DNA from: Paraspadella gotoi
Lineage: Eukaryota; Animalia; Chaetognatha
Direction: 5' to 3'
DNA: 64,000 bases
Assembly (NCBI GenBank): GCA_051294375.1
Contig: CM119268.1
Coordinates: forward strand, 10,640,318 to 10,704,317
The notes below the pieces were generated by a model, which did not search any database, was not told the origin of the DNA, and saw only the letters and a program-made list of their open reading frames with translations. Positions within the stretch are counted from its first letter, which is position 1. Every line of letters starts with the position of its first letter. Positions 52,389-64,000 of the stretch are shown here, in pieces. A program made the translations under genes and the position numbers.

Positions 52389-55300
52389 GTGAGTTATTAA
52401 AACCACCACGGACCACGGAGTATATAGCGGTATATCTAATAGTTTATACCTAAATGAATATAGTTATAAAATTCGGTTGAAGTTTAAAATGAAATTAAAA
52501 GTTCTAAAAAATTTTTAACAAAACATTTCGTTATTCGACAATACGACTAAAAAGTTAGAACTCGGGGCTTTTGTAGGCATGTCTTAAATTTTTACGAGTC
52601 ATATCGAGATTCCAAAGAATGGCTTCTGTTGCGCAACAAAGAATTAACATCATTAGCCATAGAATGGTTGCGCGTCCAGAGATGCGATAACAGATGATGA
52701 AAAAAAACGCCGCTTCTCTCCTCCGTTTCCATGACAATGAACGGAGGAACGTATAAAGGGATGGAAAAAGGAAGGGTGGATTGGACATGCAGACAATTCT
52801 GAGAGCGAGGGGAGGGAAATATATAGGAAGATGCAAAGTTCTGGATTTAGCATGAAATGAGTACGAAACTATTAGTGAGAAGTGCTTTGTCATAATGTTG
52901 GTGAAAACCCTGCTTTTTCGATTCAAAATTCTGCCGAGATTTCAAAAAAATGGGTACATATATCGCGACAAGCTTTTGATGAGCCCATTCTATTGCAACG
53001 TGCGCTGCAATGGGATTGAGTTTCTTCATCTTCGCCGATTGTGAAGAATGAAGGAGAATGAAGCCACGCAGCTGCATCGAAGGTCGCCGCTGCTGTTGCT
53101 GATCCCGTATTCACTGCTGCCGCTGTGCCTCTGTTCCAATCCCTCTGTTTAGAACAGAGCGAGGGATGAGAATGGGAGAGGGAGTGAGAGATGGGATGCA
53201 TCTGTAGTACCACCGGGTTTTTTGGAAATAATTTTTCGAGGCCATCAATTCATAACCATTTAATGAGGAAAGATCTTTTTAAAATTTACTTATTTTGTTT
53301 ATCATTGAAATTGGAACAACCAATATAAATATGGTAGATAATTAAAAATAACAGAGAAGCGAAAAAGAAACGTGCTGCTGTTTTTGTTCCACTATCGCTT
53401 ATTCTCTATCTATTCAACAATTTAGATGGAATATTGGGAGGTAAAAATTCAGTTATTCAATATTCTTTTTTTAAATTCTAAGTTATAAAAGATATTAATT
53501 CAAATAATTAGAAATGTATGTATATGAAATTTGTAGATTTTAGTTCTACATCAAGTGATGTATTCCTCGAATCAAAATATATATGATAATCATTATGATC
53601 ATTTCATTATTCGTAAATTATTTTTTGTTGCTCTTTTTTAAGTTATCAGGATGCGTTTCTTCGGCAAAGCCGTTGAGGGCTAAAATTTTCGTAAAACAAA
53701 AGATATCGTTTTATTCACGCAACTTGGTGCTTAGGACAGATCAAGTCAAGTATGGTCTGAACTACGTAAGGTAGACTCTCGAATTAAAAACTTTGTTTCA
53801 CGAACGACTGCTTGGAGTAATCAACACCAAGTCACGGGTTTTAACCTTTTTGATGGATCTATCTTATCTTATGGCTGAACCTGAGGGGAGTAACATATCT
53901 TGTTTTACATATATTTTAGACCAACGGAATATATTTTTACAATTGCTCAATTTGAAATAATAATTTTTTTAAAATATAGGATAAAATTTTGCCAGACTAA
54001 CTAATGTAGCAACGGGTCATGAGAAAATGTTTCCCTGTAATCAAAGCAGTATCTTCAACCCAGATACTTTGTTGTTACAATAATGTTTACAATAGTTTAA
54101 AGAATATCATAGAATAGGCGGATTTTTTCTATCTCCTCTTCTATATCACAAAAATATACTGTTTATACATTCAAAAAATAATTGCTCTTATTTTTTTTCC
54201 CTTCTCAGACGGTGCGACATCTGGCGAATCAAAAATCAAGATATACAAAGACAAAAAACTTTTGGATAGATAATCTCATCCCTTTTTTTTGGTTACTGTT
54301 CTGTTTGTCTAGTTTTTTCTTTTTTTTTTCTATTCACATTTGGCTTCGTCAAAAGCTTTTCCAAAATTCTTGACACGAAATTAATTTTCGAAATTTTACG
54401 GTTGGAACCGTTTTGCACTTTGTACCAGACATAAAACATTCAGTTGGATCTTTAAAAATCGCTAATACCCCAACTACCATCATGTTCAGCTATCGTTCAC
54501 CCCTACCATAACTTTGTTATCTTAATTTTTCTTGGCTTCAATTTTACTGTACCAAAATATATATATATATATATTTCAGTAGATAATAAATTTGTAAAGC
54601 TAGTTGAATTAATCTATTTGCGTAGCCTTCGTGCCGGATGATAAACATAGGTAAAAATATTTGGTAATTGGTTTCATTACCTTTTTCCAACACCATTTTT
54701 GGAAAACAAACGGACGAATGTCTGAGTCCTTGGCGTTGACCGAGATGATCCCTGACTCCTTTCTCTGTAATATTTAATTTAAAAAAAGGTGAAGTCGAAT
54801 TTTCTCGACTAGCGGAAGCTCAATTTTCTGAAAGGGTTTTTTCTTACTCGTATTTTCTCCTCTTCTCGCACGCAATTTTTCCCCTTCGAACCTAGGGATT
54901 GTATTTTTTTTTTTTAACAAAAAAAAAAAGAAAGAAATCATCAAAATTTTACAAACAAAAACCTTACTCCAATTGCACGCCGCTATACTTAATTTCTGAA
55001 AAATGACCAGATTCAAATTTTTAGTTCTTGTTTTAATATTTTTTCACTAAATTATTATTCGGAAATGTTTCGAATAAGCGGACTTTTTATTATTATGACC
55101 TGTAGTTAATGCGTTAACTGTAAATATTTCGAACGGAAATCTCTTTTATTTATTGTTTAATTTAGATTAAATCTTTGGTTATTTCGTTTCGCTTTCAAAT
55201 CTAAAAAGAGAATAGTTATACCTTTGTTAACAAAGTATTATAAAACAGTTAAGAATTCCTAACAATGTCATTGTTTTGACTGATATTGAACTAATAGTGA

Positions 55301-57495
55301 TACACCTGTCGTTATGTTGAGAAGGAAAGCAATTTAGGTCTCGCCACTATTTACAACTTATTTCGGCATTATTAATATACATATTCATTCCAGTCAAGTA
55401 TCAACCAAATTTCTATTAACCTGTTTATAAGGTAGAGGGCGTTAAAATTAATTAAAGAATTAATTAATTAATTACAATCCCGCAGGTCTTCTCCTTTTTT
55501 TTAATAATGTTACGATTTTTTCGAAAATTCTTGTTGCGAAACCTAAAATATATTTCCACTTCGAATAGTGATTGGTGACGAGTATGAAACATTTCTGCAC
55601 GGTACTTACTTCGATGATATTAAACGATTAATCTTTGTCAGAAAATGCACTCTTAAACCTCAGTACGTAATTTGGATATCGAACGAATAAAGACAAAATC
55701 TCGAGCGAGTGATTCGATATGGACCTTGTTCATAACATTTTAAAATTATGTAAATTTCGTTGCTAATTATTTGTAAAAAAAAGTCTGTTTCTTCTTGTAA
55801 AGTTGATCCTAAAAAAATGATATAAGTATGAACTGTCTTTTTTTTTAAAGCTTACAAGCAATGCACAATTGCATAGTGCAAAGATTCCTAGCTCGAAGCA
55901 ATAATCATAGAAAGCGTTGATTGTTAACGCTAAACCAGTTTTCAGACGAAGGGTCGAACCAAATAGGTTGGAACTGGAAGTAATTTTTTAGTCGCCGGGC
56001 GCCAGATATGAAAAAAAAAGCCGTCGCTCGTTCTTGGCGCGTGACGTCTCGCCTTTTAATACAGGATAACGCGGAGCGCGAGTGCGCGTCGCAACGACGA
56101 ATCTCCCCTCCCGTCGCGCGACGCGTACCCTTTCTCCCCGGCGTAGTCGCACGCTTCATCGCACGCGCGCTTCAACGTGTGTCAATAGCAAGACGATACG
56201 CGACGCGGTGGATTTATTGCGTCTCCGACTTTTTGCTCCAACTTTTATTCCCTTTTATTTTCCTCCTTTGAATTTCGGGGTCAACTCGAGCGAAAGTTTT
56301 CACTTCCACACATTTTTTGTCGAGGGCGGGTTGAAACGTGGGGGCGGGGGGGGGAGAGAGATTTCGAAAGAGTCTCAATTTTCCCGTTCTTTTTTTTATT
56401 TTTTTCCTATTTTTTTTTTCATTACTAATTTTCTTTTGTTGCTCCTTTGTTCTCTGTAAACTTTTTTTTTAAATTCTCCTTCCATAATAAAATCCACTTT
56501 GGTTTCATGTTGAAATCTCTGTCTACTTACTTAAAAGCGCCGGTGGTAAATATCATTTATGTTTAAAAACTACTTTTTTTTTCTTTCAAAGTAATTCCTT
56601 TATTTTTCTTCTTTCCTTTCTCCTTTGTTCTTCACCAGTTTTTTTATTTCCGTTATCTTCCTTTCTTCCCCATTGCTTTCGATCATTTTTTTCATTTCTT
56701 CTCTGATCTTTTCCCCTTCATATTTCCTTTATTTTCCACCATTTGCTCAATTTCTCTTTTCTTTTCCCCTTCATCTTCCTTCCTTTCTTCTCATCTTCCT
56801 TCCTCTATTATTTTCCACCATTTTCTTCATTTCTCTTTTCTTTTCCCCTTCTTTTTCCCCATCTCCTTTTTCCTCTTTTTTTCCACCCAGGACTCTGGCC
56901 ATATAACGGTCGCACGGCAGTTGTTTGCCTTTATTATCCACAGACTTTTCTTTTTTGGATTTTGAGCTCGAATCTCGAAATCCGTCGAGATCAATGAAAA
57001 CCGAGGGGGGGGGAGATTGGGGGGGGAGTCGCGAGCGGGGAGGGCGATTGGGTGAGGCTCGCTGCCCGGAGGCGATGGAAGAGAGAGTCGGACGTCGGTA
57101 GAGATGGTCGAAGGCTCGGGAGAAGTTGGAGTTTTCGTCCAAAAGAAAAGGAATATGACAAATAAAGGTCAACTATCAAAAACTTTCGTTTGAAAAAAAA
57201 GAAGAAAAAAAGATGTAATCGTATTATCGGAATGAATTCTAAAGATAGGTACTTTAAAAATAGAAAATTAACTAAACAGACGTAGCTATTTTTGCTAATT
57301 AAAAATCCTCTTTAGGACCATTTGTTTTTCTCGTGGAAATTCCATAACACGCCATTTTCTCATTTCAGTCAAAAACCCAAAGTTTTTTTTCTTCCTTTCT
57401 CTTCTTTCTATCTCTCGATCCCTCTTCGTACTTTCGACTCCATTTTTCTTCTTTTCCTATTTTAATTCCCCGTTTTTTTTTTCATTCATCTCAAC

Positions 57496-57496
<1 letters not shown>

Positions 57497-57563
<67 letters not shown>
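57497..57563. repeat. (TC)n microsatellite
   Basis: Direct reading. Confidence 0.95.
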
Positions 57564-57566
<3 letters not shown>

Positions 57567-58009
57567 ATCAAAAGGAATTAAATTTTCTTCCCCCCGTTTC
57601 TGTCTCTCAATTCGATGATTTCATGACTCCGAGATTCGCCCATGTCTACTTTCCTAATTTTTATATTTTCCTACAATCCCTAGACTATGTCCCCTTTTCA
57701 GGAAAAAAGCTACGGATTTCAGGGGAAAAAACGTCTTTCGACGAAGATTGATTGTTTAATGGTTTCCTCTGAAATCTCCAGTTTAAAAGAACCCGACAGA
57801 AAATCAATGAAACTCGGGGTCGGATTTCGGAAATGTTGAGCGATGTCTGTTTGTATTGTAGTTTGTAGATTTTAGTTTTATCTCTCGGGACGACGATGAC
57901 GACGAAGGTAAAGACCCAAGGAACCGACCGTTTGAAAATTAAGAATTTTGTTAGTTTGTTTGGTTTTTTTTTTACTAAAAATAAATAAATCAAGGTGTTT
58001 TATAAATAA

Positions 58010-58075
58010 GAAATTGGTACAACCAGTATAAAAATTATCCCTTCATTTAATAAATAAGCTATCTTTCCCCTGACT
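58010..58075 (+). repeat. Dispersed 66-bp repeat, copy 1 (probable TE end)
   Basis: GAAATTGGTACAACCAGTATAAAAATTATCC...CCCTGACT; 3 mismatches to 63628-63693; partial copy at about 53308-53330. Confidence 0.85.
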
Positions 58076-58381
58076 TTGGACATATATTTTAGAGGAATCC
58101 AAGTTTTGAGACTGTATTTTCGGGGCCAGTTTTGAGTGGCTCCTAGAGTTTTCTGGGTGGACCCCTTTTTTTTTTAAAACTAGTTCCTCAAAGCTCCCCC
58201 CATTCCCTCTTTTTGGGCCCGAGAGAGGAAAGGTCTCGACGTCAGAGTTAAAAGAGATTTTGTTCTTTGAGATTTCGAGTTCAACGCAAAGAGACGCATT
58301 TGCCAAAAGAACAAGTTCGCCGATCCCATCTGATCAGTGGTCACTGTCGATTCCCCCGAGGCTGAACAAATGTTTCCTGAC

Positions 58382-58662
58382 CTCGTCTACCCAGCCAAAA
58401 AAATATATAGTATGGCAACAGCCGGGTTGCCTGTGATGCCCATTGGGATGGGGCATCTCACTGTTGGCTTTGGGGGCTTCCGACCCTCAGTGACGCCTCC
58501 AGTCACTGGCGCGGTTACCCTAGGACGGTCTCGCTTTGCCAACGCAGAGGGAAGTCGTGAGGACTGTGGATGGAACACTACGCTTGGGATGGTGTGTTCC
58601 CCCTCTGAGCCAATGGATTTGGCTGAAAGATGGTGGACGCGAGGCGGTGTGAATATACCGCC
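58382..58662 (+). ncRNA. Structured RNA-like element, copy A (unknown family; possibly a retroelement UTR or SINE)
   Basis: Many nested stems with G-U pairs on +; homologous to the reverse complement of 61519-61767, with compensatory changes. Confidence 0.55.
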
Positions 58663-60784
58663 ACAATAGCCAATTTTCGCTTTCATGCTCATCGGTTTTT
58701 TTTTTTTTTTTTTTTTTCAATCAAAACTAATTCGTAATTCAAATCGATACGGAACCAGCGAGCGATTTCACGGGTTCTATTTTTAGCTACGCCGCGTTTT
58801 CGCGATTAAAAATGGCGAAATTCCCTCCGCGCGATTGGCACGTTTTCTCTGTCGTTTCTCTCTCTCCGTCAGGGTTTTGAGTTTGCGCTAATTCGTTTCG
58901 ACGTGAGTGAAGCTTGGCCTGGAGTTTTTTTTTTTTTTTTCTTTTTGGGAACAGCTTCGAACTCTCACATGACATTTTCGTGTCACAGTACCTCCTAATT
59001 CCTTTTTTATCCTTTGACGTTTTTCCTTTCCTCCCCCCGCCCAAGAATCCAAGATCGCAATTAATTTTTCGTTTCGAATTTTCGTTCACGTTTTTTTTTC
59101 TCTTTTCCCTTTCGTTAACTCACTTCTTTGCTTTTTTTCCCCCTTTTTCTTATTTTTTTCCTCATTGACTTATTACTTTTTACTTTCCCCGTAGATTTAC
59201 CCCATTATTTTCTCTTCCCTTTCTTCCTCCTTTCTTTTCCGTTCAATTTTACCATCTAAGTTTCCCACAATATCTAATCTTCAGTTTCCCCCCTCAAATT
59301 TTACATTTCTTCCCTTTTCCCCTTGCCCACTCTCCCTCTAATTCCCCCCCCCACTCTTTCTCACCCTCTTTATTTTTCCCCACTCTCATTCCCCCCTCCC
59401 CCCTCCGTTCTCATTTTCCCTCCCGTTTCGCTCTGTCGGTTCTAAATACGAGAAAGGCCTTCGGAATGACTTTTGACCTCCGGCCCCTTGACCTCTTTTT
59501 ATTTTTACATGCGGGCTTTGAAAAACGACTAACGGGGAAAGAAAAAAAAAAACCTTTTGTAAGAAAAATATAGGATGGAAAAACTTTTAAGGGATCGTTG
59601 CAACAGTCTTTGTAGTTTGTAGGAAACGGAAATTATTTCCCTGAACGTGAGAAAAAGAGTTTATTATATAAAATAAACGAATTTAACTCTAAACTTTATT
59701 ATTTGGAGAGAAGGCTTTCACTTTGTGGCGAATTTTTTTTTAATAAAATGATTGATTTCTAATATCCGCGTACACGGGCCGGAATTTTTTTTATAAAAAT
59801 TGTTTTCTGCTATGAATTAATTTCTCAGTTTCGCATCAAATGAAACGAAATTGGAGTAAAAAAAAAATTCGGAAGCTTTTCTTAGGAGAGAAGACGAGTC
59901 TCATCTTTTTTCAAAAGATCTCGGGTTCAATTCCTGACGACTTCAATTTTTTTTTCGCTTAGGGAAGACTAGGCTATTTTTTCCTATTAGCTCCAGCTAT
60001 ATCCTTACAGGCTGAGAACTGCCCCCAAACTGGAACGACCTGCGCGACGTAAGGAGATCGAACCAGGTACCCCAACAATGCCTTCCAATCTTACCGATAA
60101 ATACCCCGCGTCCATGATGAAACCAATATTGGGCACCTTTTTCCGAGATCGCCCCCCTTTAGTTTCCTTATCCTTAAGCTGAATTTTGAATGAAAGCCGA
60201 GAGTAGTCGCCCTTGCGTATTACAAAAAAATTGAGGACATATTCTATCGAAAACAACAACAACAACGACGATAACGACAACAACGACGGCGTTCTAAATA
60301 AACATTCTCCCCCACATTTTCTCTCTTCGTTCCGTCGACTTCGACGCTGCTATTTTTTTTCCCTTTCCTCTCTCCAAATGCGGAATCACGTATTTTAGAC
60401 CAGAAGGGGTGGGGGGGGGGGCAGGGTGGCGCGGGGGTTTTATGAATGGAGCAGGGGAGGTGGGGGAAGCGCTCGAGTGCGGGATTTTTCAAAGGTCAAA
60501 TAAGTAGTTGGGTAAAAGATTTTACACTTAATTTTTTTTTTACTCGAATAATTTTATGAAAATTATGGAATTTAAAAAAGAAGAAGCATAAAATCGCATT
60601 TAATCCAACCGGTCAAAGTTAGTTGACTTAGTCCAAAACGCCGAGGGAGTCGCTTCGTGGGTGATGAAGCGTGGATCGCTCCGTGGGTTCGAGTCGCTCT
60701 GTGGGTAGGAGGCGCTTCGAGGCAAAAGGAAAACAGGAAACTGCGAGAGAAAGCAGAATTGCTAAAAGGTGGAACTCGAGAGAG

Positions 60785-60815
<31 letters not shown>

Positions 60816-61039
60816 GAGACAGAGAGAGAGAGAATGGCGCTAAGTGCCACTGGAATAAAAATATATCCGATAAAAAGGTGAAGTAGAAAGAATTTTTTTT
60901 TTTGTACGATGCGAACTTAATTTAACGTTAATAAATATAATAAATAAATATGAATATAAATTGATATTTGAATAGGAATCGATTCCGACGGGAATCTGTT
61001 GTCGAAGAATTCTTTCTTTTAAATTCTTTGACTGGTTGC

Positions 61040-61162
<123 letters not shown>

Positions 61163-61518
61163 GATTCAATTCAGAGAGAACAGAAGAGAGCGAAAGAATA
61201 TTGAAGATGCGACCTCTCTCTCTCTCACTAAACTGCAAAACTGTCACTCTCTCTCCTCATAATCTCTCCATCGAAAAGGTCGACCCCTCCATCAACAATC
61301 TTCCTCCCGCTAAAGGTCGCTCCTTTATCTCTCTTTCCCTTCTCCCCTTCGCTCGCTCGCTTGCTTTGCTTGCTTGCTTGCTTGCTTGCCTCGCCGGTTG
61401 ATTGGTTGGGATTTCTTTCTTTTTTTATTTGTTTCTTCCTGTTTTATTCTTTATGGTCCATACGTATGTAAGATTGCGTGGCGAATCCTAAATTCGACTC
61501 CCGTATTGCTTGGTGAAA

Positions 61519-61767
61519 TTCAGCTCGTCCCATTGGCTTGGACACTGGACAGTGGACAATGGACATATGGACAGCTAAGTACGAGTTCACCAACGGTGAG
61601 TTCCGGGTACAATCCCCTCGCGGTCATGCTGGTTAAAGTGTGATGGTGTCGGCATGAACACGCCAGTGACATGGGGTCGTCACTGGAGGTCCAAAGCCCT
61701 GAGCGCCAGCTTTCGGGAAATGCCTCACACCCCAGGCATCACACATGTCCCCCCGTTGCCTTTATAT
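61519..61767 (-). ncRNA. Structured RNA-like element, copy B, with an internal 5-copy TGGACA array (61539-61573)
   Basis: Shares the ordered blocks GGCAAC, TGTGATGCC, GGGCTT, CAGTGACG, GTCACTGGCG, AGCCAATGG and GCTGAA with copy A. Confidence 0.55.
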
Positions 61768-62038
61768 GAACATTAACTAAAGACGCATTTGACGTCCAGT
61801 GGAAGAACAGCTTCCTATTAAATGATAGGTTTGATAATTTCATTGGTTCTTATATTACTATTTTTGTACGCAATTATAAGTTATTAATTATTAACAATAA
61901 TAATTTTTAAGTGTGGTTTTTTCTTTTCTCTTTTCCGTTTCTCCCGTATCCTTTCTGTTTTCAGCATATGAAACGCTCTTTCTATCCTTTCCATTTTCAA
62001 ATACATTTTTTAAAATCGTTCTCCTTATCATCAACCAG

Positions 62039-62682
62039 GTTGAAACGCTACTCGCTCTACTTTAACGGGGATGAAGTGTTTAAAGGTCTCGTCACAACTT
62101 TCGTCCTCCAAGTAGAAGGCGACGCCGACGACATCCTAGAAATTCGCGCCTCCGTCGAGACCGAGAGGCATCCCGTCGCCGTGACCACGCCCTCTGTCTT
62201 TTACGACGTCGCCCTTCGTCGCGTCCTCTTCGCCGCCCCGAAGACGACTAATTTCTATCGTCAAGCTTGGTTCTTCGTCGTCGTTATCGTCGCTGCTTTC
62301 GCCGTCGTCGTCGTCATTGTCGTCATCGTAGTTCGACGATGTTAAACTCAAAGAGGGAAATCAACTCCGAGATCAGTTCGGAGCTCGAGAACGAAACTTC
62401 CGCTGCCGCCGAGGAAAAGACAGAGGACCCTGGCGGACGATCCTGTCGGGGACGCGACTTTTCTTGAAGCGAAAAGGCGAGCGGCGGAAATAGAAGGTCC
62501 GGCCCGGAAGACCAAAACCTAGGGCGAACCGAGAGAACGCCCAGAAGAGAGAAAGAGACGGTGGCGCCCATAACCCTGGCGCTGAGAAAAAGCAGATATA
62601 TCTTCGAGAAAGCGCCTCGGACAAACCCAGAAAACGACGGGATAGAAGGCGGAATGTGCAGGATGCGATAACTCATATTTAA
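62039..62682 (+). pseudogene. Usherin (USH2A)-like C-terminal exon (last FnIII-like segment, TM, tail), disrupted
   Basis: accag|LKRYSLYFNGDEVFKGLVTT...TTPSVFYD...TNFYRQAWFFVVVIV resembles my recollection of usherin LKEYVL..G..VYSGLDTT...KTP.IQYD...TEFYSELWFIV. TAA at 62343-62345 follows the TM; downstream RER, LPLPPRKR and terminal THI-TAA are split between two frames. Confidence 0.55.
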
Positions 62683-63627
62683 ACTGTGACAAGTGCAGTA
62701 TTTTTGAAAACATAATCCCCTGTTAATCGGCTTTACATGGTAGATTCACTCGTTAGTAAATATGTTCAAACTAATAAAACATGTTGTTTATTTTTATACT
62801 AATATACATAAACAACATTGAAGCAGAAATAAATGAATATTATAAACAGAAAGTATTTATTTTTGTTTTACGATTTAAAATTAATGCTGCTGAATATAAT
62901 TGTAAATAGAAAGTGTAGTAGCAAAAACTGGTTGTAAATATTAATATAATAAATAAATCTTGAACGTTCGACTTGACGTCAGGTGAATTTTTGATAGATT
63001 TTCTGAATACTTTGCAGTTGGCAGTATCTTGAACTTATTTTAGGCCAAAATTCATTACAACGAAATACAACGATTAAAGTGCTAATATCAAGAGTTTTGC
63101 AAACGTTTTAAAAGTATTGACAAAAAATATCCATATTTAAATGAAGTCTTTAAAATTTACTTTAAGGTTCACTTGATTCGAAATCTTAATTTTTTTTTAC
63201 TTTTGACGTATGAACATTGAATATATAGTATTCTCTAAATTCTAATGTATTACCGCCAGCTATATCGACAAAAAAGTATGATTCTGTAGAAAACGAAAAT
63301 ACGAGAAAATAAAGGTAGGGAAAAAGTTGAAGAATTGTGATGATGAAAGAGAAGTAGAAAAGAAGTGAGACGAGCTCTCTCCTGATCCCCTTTTATCATC
63401 GCTCGGACCAACTTGACCTTACGGTCTCCTCGGCCCTATTACTGTGTCCGGTCAATCTAAGGTCATTGTCAAAGCTAGGGCAAAGTGACCGTGTGGATTG
63501 ACCGGCTCGGAGAAAGAGGAGAGAGGAAGGATTTAGAGAGAAAGACCGTTGGTAAGTCGCCTCAATTCATTTTTAAAATTTTATATATTATATATTATAT
63601 ATTTCAAAATCATAAAAGTATATATAT

Positions 63628-63693
63628 GAAATTGGTACAACCAGTATAAAAATTATCCATTCATTTAATAAATAAGCTATCTTGTCCCTGACT
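63628..63693 (+). repeat. Dispersed 66-bp repeat, copy 2
   Basis: Matches 58010-58075. Confidence 0.85.
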
Positions 63694-63760
63694 CAATATA
63701 AAATTATAAAATATACGTAACAAAATATCATTATGGGTCTTCATTTTTGTTTCTTTAAAA

Positions 63761-63880
63761 TTTTAGATGCTTCACTTTACCCTACAGCGTTTGGGCCATT
63801 TTATAAGTCACTTTTCGATGGGTCGATCTGTCGGTCGGTATGTCTGTCCGTAGGTCTGTCCCACTTACGTTAAAATTACA
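63761..63880 (+). mobile_element. Possible HINE/DINE-1-like (non-autonomous Helentron) fragment
   Basis: T-run start, TATAAG block, then a degenerate GTCY array CTGTCGGTCGGTATGTCTGTCCGTAGGTCTGTCC. Confidence 0.35.
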
Positions 63881-64000
63881 TATAGATTAGATTAGATTTA
63901 TTCAGAAAGACGGGCCGATGAAGGCCTTGGGTCGCGGTTACAAATGATCTCGGAACAGTGAACAATTAATCACAATTAATCATCATAAATCACTGTTTCG

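Noticed and set aside
58414-58630. SRP Alu-like (hairpin-UGU-hairpin), RNase P CR-I-like (GGGAAGTC) and hammerhead-like (CTGAG...GAAA) motifs in element A
   Set aside because: No SRP helix 8, no RNase P CR-V and an incomplete hammerhead core; the motifs are not fully retained in copy B.
60005-60215. Balanced-composition block with an acceptor at 60010 and GT sites
   Set aside because: No recognisable peptide in any frame; cannot be linked to the usherin exon without transcript data.

Overview
Animal (invertebrate) genomic DNA: AT-rich, CpG not depleted, many GA/TC microsatellites. The window is dominated by one complete, intact Roundabout (Robo) receptor gene on the + strand. ATG is at 11690. 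I traced 26-27 coding exons by hand: signal peptide, 5 Ig, 3 FnIII, TM, CC0/CC1/CC2 motifs and a very long low-complexity tail, giving 1799 or 1843 aa depending on the last splice. Upstream lie the last two exons of a Ubc13/UBE2N gene and a decayed minus-strand gene-like locus. Downstream lie a putative promoter/first exon, two highly diverged inverted copies of a covarying structured-RNA-like element, a disrupted usherin (USH2A)-like C-terminal exon and TE relics. The most unusual signals are four. (i) The intron sequences on the two sides of many Robo exons are complementary to each other, inside introns that are themselves packed with purine/pyrimidine foldbacks. (ii) The Robo intron set appears largely rebuilt at G|G proto-splice sites. 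(iii) The twin structured elements at 58.4 and 61.6 kb. (iv) The orphan usherin relic. All base-pairing was found by eye and needs statistical testing.
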